A stretch of 64,000 bases of DNA from Octopus sinensis (taxonomy: Eukaryota), in assembly GCF_006345805.1 (NCBI RefSeq), contig NC_043013.1:12400001-12464000 (forward strand), given 5' to 3'. Shown in pieces: positions 38,541 to 51,632 of the stretch (its first letter is position 1; every line of letters begins with the position of its first letter). The notes under the pieces were generated by a model. That model saw only the letters and a list, made by a program, of their open reading frames with translations. It was not told the origin of the DNA and made no database searches. A program made the translations under genes and the position numbers.

Positions 38541-39433
38541 TTGCTTTAATTTCCATCTACCAGATCCACTGACAAGGCTTTGGCTGGCCCAGGGATATAG
38601 CCGAAGACACTTACTCAAGGTGCCATGCAGTGGGAATGAACCCAGAACCATGTGGTCCGGAAGCAAACTTCTTACCACCCAGCCACACCCCCTTGTCAAT
38701 TTAGTTCTTTGTTTCTTTCTTTTAGTGGTGTTTGGATGGGTGACAATGATGCGGTGGTGGTATCATGAGGTGTCCTTGATGTTTAGGTGTTGTGTATGTA
38801 TGTGGTGGTGGTGGTGGTGGTGGTGGTGGCATGGGGGTTAGTGAGGATGGCGGGAGAGGTGGAGGGGGGAGGTTAATGGTGCAGCTTGATCTCTCTCTCC
38901 TTTTTTTTTAAACTACAAAGACACCCAGCTGTGTGGGAACCACAGAGGTTGATCTCTGGCTCTATTAGTGCAGCAGCAGCAGCAATATCAACAACAACAA
39001 CAACAACATCAACAATAATAATAATAATAATAATAACAATAATAAGGTCCTAATCAGTACCTCCAGCTAGGCTACTAAGAGCTTCTAGGTATTTGACCTT
39101 TTAGTTTGGTCATTTTAGATTCAGCTGACCTCATTCCTGGGAGGGGGGGGTGACATGAGATGGCGGGGATAGGGTGGTGGTGAGGCTGGTTCTTACTTAC
39201 ATCCAGCATCCAACTCAATGCTCTATTGTTTTTGTATTTTTGTTTGTTGTTTTTTTTTTATTATCCTTTATATCATAAGAGCAGAGCAGGAGGCTGAGTG
39301 AAAAGAACCAGTTAGCAGTGGCGGTGGGGTGAGGGGTGGAAGGTAGAGAGAGAGAGAAAGAGAAAGAGAGGGTAGATGTACTTCTACATATACACAACAT
39401 ATATACACATATGAACACATATGAATTATTATG

Positions 39434-39510
<77 letters not shown>

Positions 39511-39681
39511 AATGTGTGTGTGTGTAGATATATATATATCTTTTATTTGTTTAGTCATTTGACTATGCCCATGCTGGAGCGCTGCCTTTAGTCCAACAAA
39601 CCCGCCCCAAGTTATTCATTGTAAGCCTAGTACTTATTCTATTGGTGGGTGGACACGCACACTTATACATACATATATATA

Positions 39682-39738
<57 letters not shown>

Positions 39739-40104
39739 GGAGAGTTTACGAAAAAAACAAAAGGCAAACAGACAGGTGGGTACAAAACAAACAGGTGTAT
39801 TAGTAAACGCTCCTATATATATATATATATATATATACGATGAGCTTCTTTCAGTTTCTGTCTACCAAATCCACTCACAAGGGTATATCAGCCGAAACGT
39901 TGTGCTAACAACAAACAAGATGAGGACAAATATCCGTTGAATGTAAACTATGTAAATAATGTAAGCTTTACATTTGTCAGAATAAATCCAACACTAAAGA
40001 GTTGAAGAAAATTGGGAACCTGTATATGTGATGCATAGAAAGCCCTGAGTAGTGACTTGGCCTGGGCCTGCCCTGGCTTTCCATTGAGTGTTCCAGTTGA
40101 ATCA

Positions 40105-40525
40105 TATTTCTTTACTGCTCACAAGGGGCTAAACATTGAAGAGACAAACAAGGACAGACAAACAGATTAATTTGATTATATCGACCCCTGTGCATAACTG
40201 GTACTTATTTAATCGACCCCGAAAGGATGAACGACAAAGTCGACCTTGGCGGAATTTGAACTCAGAACGTAGCGGCAGACAAAATACCTATTTCTTTACT
40301 ACCCACAAGGGGCTAAACACAGAGAGGACAAACAATGACAAACAAACAGATTAAGTCGATTACATCGACCCCAGTGCGTAACTGGTACTTATTTAATCGA
40401 CCCTGAAAGGATGAAAGGCAAAGTCAACCCCGGCTGCATTTGAACTCAGAACGTGAAGACAGACGAAATACTGCTAAGCATTTCGCCTGGCGTGGTAACG
40501 TTTCTGCCAGCTGGCCGCCTTTTGA
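40105..40525 (-). mobile_element. SINE family B dimer
   Basis: Same junction as 31500-31900 and 55125-55535. Confidence 0.85.
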
Positions 40526-41296
40526 TTCAGTCAACTGAACAGCCTGCTTTTGAAATTAACTTGTAAGTGGCTGAGTACTTCGCAGACATGCATACCCATG
40601 ACAGAGTTCTCTGGGAGATTCAGTGTGACACTGAATGTAACAATGCCGACCTTTGGAATTACAGGTCCAAATGATTTTTTGCCAGCTGAGTAGAATGAAG
40701 CAACACTCTGCACTACTGAGAATTGAACCCATGACCTTAAAACTATGTGCTGAATACCCTAACCATTAAGCTATGGGCCTTCACAACAGTCTCGAAAAAT
40801 CATCTATATATTGTTCTGTTGGTGCTGCTGCCAAGTCTGTGGTTGACCAAAGTTTCTATGGCGACTATGGCTAATGATATTTTTTCCATTCTTGGACCAA
40901 TCTGTTTTTGAATGCTCTCTCTCCTCTCCCCTTCTCTCTCTCTCACCCTTTTCTCTCCCCCTCTCTCTCTCATGTCTTTTTACTACTCTTCCCAACTCCT
41001 TCCTACTTCTTTCCTTTTCAGTTTGCTATTGGTGGGCGGTGGCAGTGGTGGTGGTGGTGTGGTGGTTGCGTTTTTATTTATTTCGGGAATTAAAAAAAAA
41101 AAATTTTTTTTGGTGTTAGTATTTTTTCCTACACATACACACACACATACAAGCACTTGCATTATTCACACACTCATGTGTTTCTATAATTTAATTTGCA
41201 CTGATATTAACATTTTGCAGTGGTGGTGTTGATTGTGTAAATTTGTACTTTTAATGACTCTGTGTGCAATCATATTTGTGTACAAACATATGTATA

Positions 41297-41824
41297 TCAT
41301 CATCATCATCATCATCATTTAGCGTCCGTTTTCCATGCTAGCATGGGTTGGACGGTTCTACTGGGGTCTGTGAAGCCAGAAGGCTTCATCAGGCCCAGTC
41401 AAATCTGGCAGTGTTTCTACGGCTGGATGCCCTTCCTAACGCCAACCACTCCGTGAGTGTAGTGGGTGCTTTTTACGTGCCACCCGCACTGGTGCCAGAC
41501 AGAGCTGGCAAACGGCCACGAACGGATGGTGCTTTTTATGTGCCACCGGCACGAGGGCCAGGCGAGGCTGGCAACGGCACGAAACGGGGCGGTGCTGGCA
41601 ACGGTCGCGAAACGGAAAGTTCTCTTACATGCCACCGCACTGGTAACACATCTGCAATTTCCATTGATCGATTTCGATTCTGATCCTCACTTGCCTCAAC
41701 ACGTCTTCACAAGTAGAGTTTTGTGTCCCAAGAAGGGAAGGTATGCATACGTAGGCTGGCTCCCATCCCCATGTAGAAGCCACGGGTTGTGGACTCACTT
41801 GTCCTGCCGGGTCTTCTCGCGCAC
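41297..41824 (-). mobile_element. 5'-truncated RTE LINE, well preserved (last ORF2 codons VREKTRQDK* + 3' UTR + (GAT)n)
   Basis: GTGCGCGAGAAGACCCGGCAGGACAAGTGA at its 5' end; CpG-rich; (GAT)n tail. Confidence 0.85.
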
Positions 41825-42180
41825 ATAGTATATGTATATTTATATATGTGTTTTGATTTGACATTTTTCTTGTTTTTAATTTGTTTTGATGAGCGAAACT
41901 TTTGCAAGATAAAGGGGAAAAGAAAAGACAAAAACAATGGCAATGCAACAGAATCTGCCCCTTTGCTGTTACCCTGAGTTTCAGCTGTGAGTGCACAGTG
42001 CAGGGTCTTCAGGTGAGTTGCATACCTGAAGACCGTCTCTTTGCATGCAAGTGAAACACCAGGGCAGCAAGAGACTGGCTTGACCGAAAGAAAAATATGA
42101 CGAATCTCTGCTATGATGTTGAGTACGCTATCTTCTGATAGCCCAACACTGAATGAGTGTGTGTGTGTGTGTGTGTATAA

Positions 42181-42231
<51 letters not shown>

Positions 42232-42351
42232 GTATGTATGTATTTATATATCTGTAAATGTAATATGTGACAAGTATTCGGTAGCCATGACATAACTCTG
42301 AGTTTTGGATGTTGGGGTGGAAATCCACGCCGCCATCTCTTCAGTTATCCG

Positions 42352-42450
42352 GCCATCGTGTGAGAGGACACAGTTTCGACGAAGAAAGATGTGGGCCCTA
42401 CAAAGGGTAATTTCAAGGCCAGTTTCAATAATCACACCTTGAGCTTCTAT
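42352..42450 (+). pseudogene. Penelope-type GIY-YIG endonuclease relic
   Basis: AIV*EDTVSTKKD-VGPTKGNFKASFNNHTLSFY resembles PLE VIYxATVST...YIGLTEGxFKxRYNNHxxSF. Confidence 0.55.
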
Positions 42451-42484
42451 GTGCATGTGAACATATATATTATACAATATATAT

Positions 42485-42518
<34 letters not shown>

Positions 42519-42534
42519 ATATATATATATTATG

Positions 42535-42742
42535 ACTTTGATCACTTTGACCGACCAGTCCGTCAGGCGTCCATTTGACACCGCTGGTCACAGCACGCTG
42601 TCCACTCCTCTCTGGATCGCGCCTTTCTCATCCATGTGATCCCAATCGTCCTCTTGAAATCGTCACTCCACTGTCGTGAGGGTCTTCCGGGTGGTCTTTT
42701 CCGCTCACGCGGGTACCTATCGACAACTGCGTGTGTCCACCG
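42535..42742 (-). mobile_element. Second RTE-clade LINE family, 5'-truncated, intact 59-codon ORF end
   Basis: [59 protein letters not shown] (42742-42563), then short tail repeats GTCAAAGTGATCAAAGTC. Confidence 0.85.
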
Positions 42743-42766
42743 ATTATATATATATATATATATTAT

Positions 42767-42810
<44 letters not shown>

Positions 42811-42860
42811 GTACATGGTGTATGTATATAGATATATATGTATGATAGTGTATGTATATA

Positions 42861-42891
<31 letters not shown>

Positions 42892-43061
42892 CTGTGCATA
42901 TGTGTGCATCTATACATACACATACACACTAATTATATTTGCTACTAATTGTTGGTATTAATTAGAATTGTTGTGTGGTGTTAGTTCACTTCTGGTAGTT
43001 TTACTTACCACATTCCATTAATGGTTTTAAACATATTTTTACTCACTCACATTTCTCTCTT

Positions 43062-43092
<31 letters not shown>

Positions 43093-43776
43093 TTCTCTGT
43101 CTGTCTGTCTGTCTGTCTATCACTTATACACTTTGTGTCACTCTTTCTCTCATTTTCAACTCCTTTACTCTCACTCTTTCTTCCCACATTTTCTTCTTCT
43201 CTCTCCTTCTCTCTCACTCTTTCTCTCTGATTCTCAACTCTTTTAGTCTCTCTTCTTTTCCTTCTTCACTTTCCTCATTTTCTCTTTCTCTCTCTACTTC
43301 TTTCTCTTTCCTTCACTCTTATTCAGGTAAGATTTCAGCTTTATTTCTTTCATTTTATTTATTTATTCTTCGTTTACATTCTTTCTTCCTTCCTTCTTTC
43401 TTTCTTTCTTTCATAGATAATTTTTCCTCTTTGTTAAAACTTCAAGAAAGTCTAATTTATGAAAGTTTATTTAAACATGACAAACTTTTAAAAATTAAGT
43501 AATAATTAATGTAAATTAATCATTTATCAACTTTAATTTAATTTTTTAAAAAAAAAGTGTTTTGAAATGTCCATATTATTTATTGTCATTATTAGTAGAA
43601 TCTTTAGCACGCTAGTAAATTTTTTACCCCCCCCCCCCTTCTTTCAGGGTTAAATAAAATTAATTCCCAGAGGTTAGGGGTCAATTTAATCAACCCTATT
43701 TTCAACTACCACCATTACTTTTTCTGAAGTTAGTAGCCTTGTGTCAAAGTCAGAAATTATTATTATTATTATTATA

Positions 43777-43824
<48 letters not shown>

Positions 43825-45317
43825 AACATCATCATCATCATCATCATCATAATCATCATCATCATCATTATTAATAATAATAATTATTAATTATTATTAA
43901 TTATTAATTATTATTATTATTATTATTATTTTATTATTATTATTATAATTAGTATTATTATTATTATTATTATTATTATTTCTGGGGTGATAAGGTGGCG
44001 AGCTGGCAGAAACATTAGTACATCAGGTGAAATGCTTAGTGGTTTGTCATCTGTCTTTACGTTCTGAGTTCAAATTTCGCCCAAGTTCACTTCACCTTTC
44101 ATCCTTTCAGGGTCAATAAATTAAGTACCAGTTGCGTATTGGGGTCGATCTAATCAACTGGCTTGCTCCCCAAAATTTTGAGCCTTGTGCCTAGAGTAGA
44201 AAAGATTATTTTTTTAGGATGGTGTTACTTATTTATATCAAGGGTGGACAAGCAGGTGGTGGGTTCAGTTCCTTACTTAATCTTATCTTATTGCCCATCC
44301 CCTCAAAATATTTTCACTCTTCCAACCACCAAGCCATTCTAGCACACCCATCATTATATTAAACTGAATACAAGTGGGTACTTCAGGGTGGTTGCTTGAC
44401 ATGTTAGAAACAGCAGCCAAGTTTTCCCTCAGATCTCCCCACTCACTGTTTTAAGAATAGGAAATATGTACATTCAATATTATAAATGCATCTAATCTGA
44501 CTGGGTGGTCACTGCTGGAACACTTTTGAAACATAGGACTGCTCTATCAGGACTGACCTAACTTGGAGCTAAACAAAGAACAACGACCTCCTACACCACC
44601 CCACCTCAATATTGCATCATCATCATCATCATCATCATCCACTACTCCTAATTCTGCCATTACTACTACTATCACAACTATTTCCACCACCACCACTATC
44701 ACGATCACTACTAACTAGTACTACTACCACCACTACTCCTATCACCACCACTACATAGCTTTAATGACCCCCTCCTTTAGTTAACGATGGCAATCCCTGA
44801 TATTTGAAACCAAGTACCTCAAATACTTTGACACCTGTGTTACAGTAGGGTAACGAGCATAGTTAGAGTAATGTTAATTACATCATTGCTGGTGGTGGTG
44901 GTGGTGGTGGTGTGACTAGTTAGTGCTGCCCTAACCTCCTTCTGGCAACCACTCCTCCACCACCATTCCCCTCGCCCTTCCCTGTTATTCCCAGAGAGAC
45001 CACGAAGCCTTGAAGTTTTGGTAAGGCTTCCCCTTATGTATGTCTGTAAGTGTTGTGGATTCTACAAGTCGGCCCTTGGGCCGACCAATCCTTGGTGAGA
45101 AAATGTATGGAAACCTGTTGTGGACATTTTGTTTGTTTGTTTGCTTAATGGATGTTTTATCTTTTATCCATAGTGGCATTGCTTAGATAGTGGCAGGGGG
45201 ATGGAGTGGAGTTATTGGGTGGGTGGGGGTTAGGATTTTTGCAGTTGGGTGCCCTTCCTGTCACTAACCTGTTTGTAGTTTAGAAATTTTATATATGTAT
45301 GTTTGTTTGTGTGTATA

Positions 45318-45352
<35 letters not shown>

Positions 45353-45401
45353 GAACAACAAACAGGTTTATTAGTTTGACGCTCAAGAAGAATGGAAAAG
45401 T

Positions 45402-45437
45402 CATTGACATTTCAAGCCTATGCTCTTCGTCAGAAAG
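45402..45437 (-). ncRNA. Minimal type I hammerhead ribozyme motif, near-intact
   Basis: CUUU-CUGACGA-A-GAGC-AUAG-GCUU-GAAA-UG-UC-AAUG. Confidence 0.6.
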
Positions 45438-46272
45438 GCTTGAGGGGAGGGGAAAAATGGAGAGAGAACAAAAAAATAAAAACAGAGAGAGAAAAAAATG
45501 TGTGGCTTGTTTTTAAAGCCTGATAGTTATTCTATAGTCTCACTTGCCAGACTGCTAGGTTATGGCAACACCAGTTTTAAGCAGTGATGGGGGACAAAGA
45601 GAGAATGAAACACACACACACACACACATATACGATAGGCTTCTTTCTGTTTCTGTCTACTGAAGCCACTTAAGGCTCCGGTCGCCTTGAGGTTATAGTA
45701 GAAACACTTGCCCTTGGTGCCACGCAGTGGGACTGAACCTGGGACCATGTGGTTGGGAAGCAAGCTTCTTACTGCACAGCTACATCTTTTAACATGTGTT
45801 TTCTACACATTTCCGTGGTGCAGATGATTTCATAGGATCCCACAATCTGCAGGGCTGCACCGGGCCCTAATAATAGATTTCCCAGGTCTGTATCTGTTGC
45901 ACACTTTTGCAGATGCATCTTATACAAATGTACATGATGAGCGTCATGTTATCTAAAGCCTATACACTTACACACACATATGTTAACAGACACATTAACA
46001 CACACTCACACAGAGTATCAGGTTATTCGGACACATACAGTGTCGAGTTACCAGGATTGAAAACACTTATGCCACTCACAAATGAGGAAATATGCCTTTA
46101 TGTGGTTATTTTGCCAGCTAGTAACAGCAGTCAAATCTCCTACGAATTATACTTAACTATCTGAAACTTAAAAATATAGCAAATAGCATAATGTCCCTTG
46201 TGTGTGTGTGTCTGTGTATTTATGTATGTATGTGTCTGCATATATATGTGTGTGTGTGTGTGGTGTGTGTGA

Positions 46273-46596
46273 AGGAGCATGGCTTAGTAGTTAGGGTATT
46301 TGGCTCGCGATCGTAAGGTCGTGAGTTCAATTCCTGGCAACGTGTTGTGTCCCTGAGTAAAACACTTTATTTCATGTTGCTCCAGTCCACTCAGCTGCTG
46401 ACAAAAATGAGTAGTACCTGTAATTCAAGTGGGCCAGCCTTGTCCCATTCTGTGTCATGTTGAATCTCCCTGAGAACTAACGTTATGGGTACGCGTCTGT
46501 GGAGTGCCCAACCACTTGCACGTTACTTTCACAAGCAAGCTGTTCTGTTGATCATATCAGCTGGGACCTTCGTCATCATAGCCGACAGAATGCTCC
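46273..46596 (+). mobile_element. tRNA-derived SINE, family D
   Basis: GGAGCATGGCTTAGTAGTTAGGG (A box)...GAGTTCAATTCC (B box). Confidence 0.75.
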
Positions 46597-46902
46597 TTCA
46601 TATATATATGTGTGGTAAATAAACTGCCGTCTAAATTACACAAAATGAAAATGACACAAATCTCATTTTAACAGATTATATTTACCCAAATTACAAGTGT
46701 CTTCAACTATAGCCCTCAAGTCAACCATTCTGTTGTGAGTAGCATTGGTAGACGGAGACTGAAAGAAGCCCGTCATGTGTGTGTGTGTCTGTGTTTGTCC
46801 CCCACCACCACTTGAGAACCAGTGTTGGTGTGTTTATATCCCTATAACTTAACAGTTTGACAAAAGACCCTGATAAAATAAGTACCCCCTTTTTCTAAAT
46901 AA

Positions 46903-47290
46903 AGGCACAGGAGTGGTTGTGTGGTAAGTAGCTTGCTTACCAACCACATGGTTCCGGGTTCAATCCCACTGCGTGACACCTTGGGCAAATGTCTTCTACT
47001 CTAGCCTCGGGCCAACCAAGGCTTTGTGAGTGGATTTGGTAGACGGAAACTGAAAGAAGCCCGTCATATATATATATATATATGTGTGTGTGTGTTTATG
47101 TGTCTGTGTTTGTCCCCACCCCCAACATCACTTGACAACTGATGCTGGTGTGCTTGCATCCCCGTAACTTAGCGGTTCGGCAAAAGGGACCGATAGAATA
47201 AGTACTAGGCTTACAAAGAATAAGTTTTGGGGTTCATACATTTGACTAAGAAGATTGTTCAAGGCGTTGCCCCAGCATGGTCACAGCCTA
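46903..47290 (+). mobile_element. SINE family A, full length
   Basis: Matches the consensus. Confidence 0.9.
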
Positions 47291-47871
47291 ATATAGAAAG
47301 ACAGACAGACAGACAGGCACATAGATGAACAGACAGACAGACAGATAGATATATGAACAGACTGATGGACAAATGTTGGTTTCCAATGCTGCATCATGAA
47401 TTTCTATTCCCTCATTAACTTTGGTATTTCCTAAAGAGAAAGCAAACACACACAAACACTTGTTCACTCCATAATTGACACAGTGCAAAGGCAGAAATTT
47501 TTCCGTTTCCATAATATTATATTTAATGCATTGTAAAGCTTTGACTTATGGCATGTAACTTTATTACTGTCACTCATTTTTATTATTATATATCAAGGTT
47601 GAAAGGTACGAAAGGGTGCAAATTGTGTCGAACATCAAACTATTTGATATTAGCATTACCATTAATTGTTAGCTAATTAGCATTAAATTAGCATTTTTGG
47701 TGATGAATTGAAAATTATTCGATAATTAATATTTTACTGTTATAGTCTATTGAGGAACTGTGTACCTTGTCAAACTAGCAGTGTATCTATGCATTTGTGT
47801 GTTTGTGTGTTTGTGTGCAAATATATATGTGTGTATATTATATATATATATATGTATGTATATATACTTAT

Positions 47872-48027
47872 AGGAGTGGCTGTGTGGTAAGTAGCTTGCT
47901 TATGAACCGCATGGTTCTGGGTTCAGTCCCACTGCGTGGTACCTTGGGCAAGTGTCTTCTACTATAACCTCGGGCCCACCAAAGCCTTGTGAGTGGATTT
48001 GGTAGACGGAAACTGAAAGAAACCCGT

Positions 48028-48065
<38 letters not shown>

Positions 48066-48270
48066 TGTGTGTCTGTGTTTGTCCCCCCAACATCGCTTGA
48101 CAACCGATGCTGGTGTGTTTACTTCCCCATAACTTAGCGGTTTGGCAAAAGAGACCAATAGAATAAGTACTAGGCTTACAAAGAATAAGTCCTGGGGGTT
48201 GATTTGCTCGACTAATGGCGGTGCTCCAGCATGGCCTCAGTCAAATGACTGAAACAAGTAAGAGAGTAAA
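47872..48270 (+). mobile_element. SINE family A, full length; inverted partial copy follows at ~48296-48460
   Basis: Matches the consensus. Confidence 0.9.
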
Positions 48271-48553
48271 AAGTGTATATATATATATATATATATATTC
48301 TTTTATTCTTTTGCTTGTTTCTGTCATTTGCTGGAGCATCATGTTATGATGATTTTAGTCAAACAAATCGACCCCAGAACTTATTTTTTAAGCCTAGTAC
48401 TTATTTTATCAGTCGGTTTTGCTGAACTACTAAGTTACGTGCACACACCAACACCAGTTGCCAAATGTGGGCGCTTTGAGATACTATCATGGTTCCTTGG
48501 TCTGCTTTCATTCTGACATTCTCTCTCCCTGTATATATGTAATATATATATAC

Positions 48554-48586
<33 letters not shown>

Positions 48587-49112
48587 GACACTAAGACACA
48601 CACATAGATATATGCATACATACATACACACACACATATATATATAAATATATACTCTGTAATGTGGTTGGCATTAGGAAGGGCATCCGACTGTAGGACC
48701 AGGCCAAATCAGACTGCTATATATGTACATGTGTGTGTGGTGTGTGTGTCTGTATGTTTGTATATATACACATGTACTCACCTATGTGTATACATGTATT
48801 AATTTCCTTCATTTCATGTGTGTGTGTGTGTGCAATATATGCGTCTTCATATATGTATATGTAAGTACACTCTGATTTTTTTTACTTTCCCTCCAGTTCA
48901 CCCAGATGAAACTAAATCCTTGTGTCTTGTTTTTCTCAGACAGTTGTGAGCTGTGTGTGTGTGTGTTTGTGTGTAGGTGACATGTTTTCCATCTCTCCCA
49001 ACAGAATGGTAGAGAATACATGGATGAGGTGTCAGATGTGTGACTACTAGAACCTCAAATGTGGGGGCTTTGGGATGTTATCATCGTTCCTTGGTCTGCT
49101 TATATTCTCACT

Positions 49113-49153
<41 letters not shown>

Positions 49154-49346
49154 TCTTTTACTTGTTTCAGTCATCAACTGATGCTGGTGTGTTTACGTCC
49201 CCGTAACTTAGCGGTTCAGCAAAAAAGACCTATAGAATAAGTACTAGGCTTACAAAGAATAAGTCCTGGGGTCGATTTGCTCGACTAAAAGCGGTGCTCC
49301 AGCATGGCCACAGTCAAATGACTGAAACAAGTAAATGAAAAAATAA

Positions 49347-49383
<37 letters not shown>

Positions 49384-50229
49384 TACTTACCACATGGTCC
49401 TCTGTTGTCTTGCCTCCCCTTCAGCACTACCATCTTCTCATATTTAATCCCTCACCTATTTCTTAGTGCAGTCAACCCTGTGTTTCATATTTCCTACCCA
49501 CTCCCTACACACACATTCCTCTTCAGGCTTCCATTTCAATGTGATATGTGTATATGTACATATGAGTGTGTGTATATATATATATATATATGTGTGCATG
49601 TGTATAAACCACCTCCTTCCTTCATCCACACCATCCAGATTTTACCCTCTTCTTCTTCTACTTCTTCACCTTCCTACCCCCCCCCCTGGTCTTCTTCCTC
49701 CTGTCCTTTATTTATTCTCATCAATCTACTGGTAGCCTCTGTTTCAGTCCCTAAAGGTAAGAGGAAGAATGAATCTGGGAGATAGGCACTGCCACTATAT
49801 TCTATCCACACCACCACCATCACCACCACCACCATCACCACCTCTATCATTATCACCATCATCATCATCATTCTAATGGTCATCATCATCATCATCATCA
49901 TCATCATGGTCATGGTAGCCATTACCTTTCAACCCCCTGCTAGTTTCTCACCCCCCCCCCAATCACTCTGGCATTTTCATCATAGCCAGCCAGGCATCTA
50001 CTTAAACCACCTTTGTTCCTGTCTTGGAACCCCCACTGGGAGCAAATTCATTTATTTACCTTCACCCCCCCCCCCCACACCATTCATCTTGGTTCACCTC
50101 TCACCTCCACTCAAGTCTGCTAGCAGAGTGTCGTTGGTGGAATCACCACTTCTTACCTACCTATCAGCAGCAACATACCAACCCTGTAATTCTTTCTTGT
50201 AAGCGCCCCCCCATCCCCACTGAACACCT

Positions 50230-50278
<49 letters not shown>

Positions 50279-51597
50279 GTTCTTGACTCTCAGCAAGCCA
50301 TTACCTTTCAACAATCTGCTCTTTGTTTCCCAAAGGGGTCAGAGAGAGTGAGAGAGAGAGAGAGAGAGAGAGAAGAGTATCCAAGAGATAGTGCCAGTCT
50401 CCCTCGTCTCCCTTATATTGTATAGAAAAAGGGGGTATGTCTTACAAGGCAACTTGGCCTGTTCAACATGGAATTTCAAAGTCCCTCAAACAAAACCCCA
50501 TCCCCTTCTCTTACCCTCTTTTTCAAAACAGGGACCACATTGAATTCAGCTAGCTACCTCAATCATGGAAGCACTATGTGGTCACTCGACTGGCTAGAAA
50601 TAGCTGCCAAATATCTTCCGTATTACACCCTATCATTTTGTAAAATATAAGGAGGATATATCAGATCAGTGGTTCTCAACAGTGGCCCATAAAAGATTTT
50701 ATTGTCAAAATTTATGTATTCAACTGTATACAACCTGAGCACTGTATACAACAATTTCTTTCTTTCATATATAATACACAAAATATTTAGTAATTTTGGA
50801 TCTTTTCGGTTTGAACAGCAGTTTTTTCTAGCGGTGTCATATGAAATTGTCACCCATAATTATGACCCTAGTATCGATCTATTGCATTTCAATCTGTTTT
50901 AGAGTTAGGGTTAAGTTAGGGTTGGTTAGGGTTAGGGGTGGGGGAAAGGTATCTTTTTTTCTTCACAAATGTAAATAAACCCAATCTGTTTCTTAAACGA
51001 GGGACATTCATACAGCACAGAATGTTTTTACCTCAATAGATGTCATTGATTGGTTGAAATTGCAGAAATTGAAGAAAAGAACAACAAATATCTTTTAAAC
51101 AACGAAAAAACAGAGTACAAGACATACAACACAAGGAATATTATGGGGGTTTAGTTCACAGGTGATCCAAACAATTACGTATGCTAGGTAAGTGCTGTAA
51201 AGGATTACTGGGTCTCCAAGGTTATAGCCAAGACAGTAGTTATGGAGCCATTACAGATTTCCGATGCAGTGGATATATAATTGTTAAAGAGGTCAACAGA
51301 CATTATGACAAGACAGACACCTCAAGTCGTATACAATATTATTATTTTTTCCAATAATAATAATGTATATGACTTGTGATGTTTGCCTTGCCTTAATGTT
51401 TGTTGTCCTTTTCAACAATTATATATATATATATATATATATATAGGTATAGGAGTGGCTAGCTTACGAACCACATGGATCTGGGTTCAGTCCCACTGCG
51501 TGGCACCTTGGGCAAGTGTCTTTTTCTATTGCCTCGGGCTGACCAAAGCCTTGTGAGTGGATTTGGTAGGCAGAAACTGAAAGAAGCCCGTCGTATA

Positions 51598-51628
<31 letters not shown>

Positions 51629-51632
51629 TTTG

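Noticed and set aside
41365-41395. CTGATGA plus hairpin in the RTE 3' UTR as a hammerhead
   Set aside because: No GAAA/UH follows; other copies read CTGGTGCAG here
44995-51187. 26-nt exon candidates at 44995-45020 and 51162-51187
   Set aside because: Good splice signals but frame-shifting, no recognisable peptide, and expected by chance
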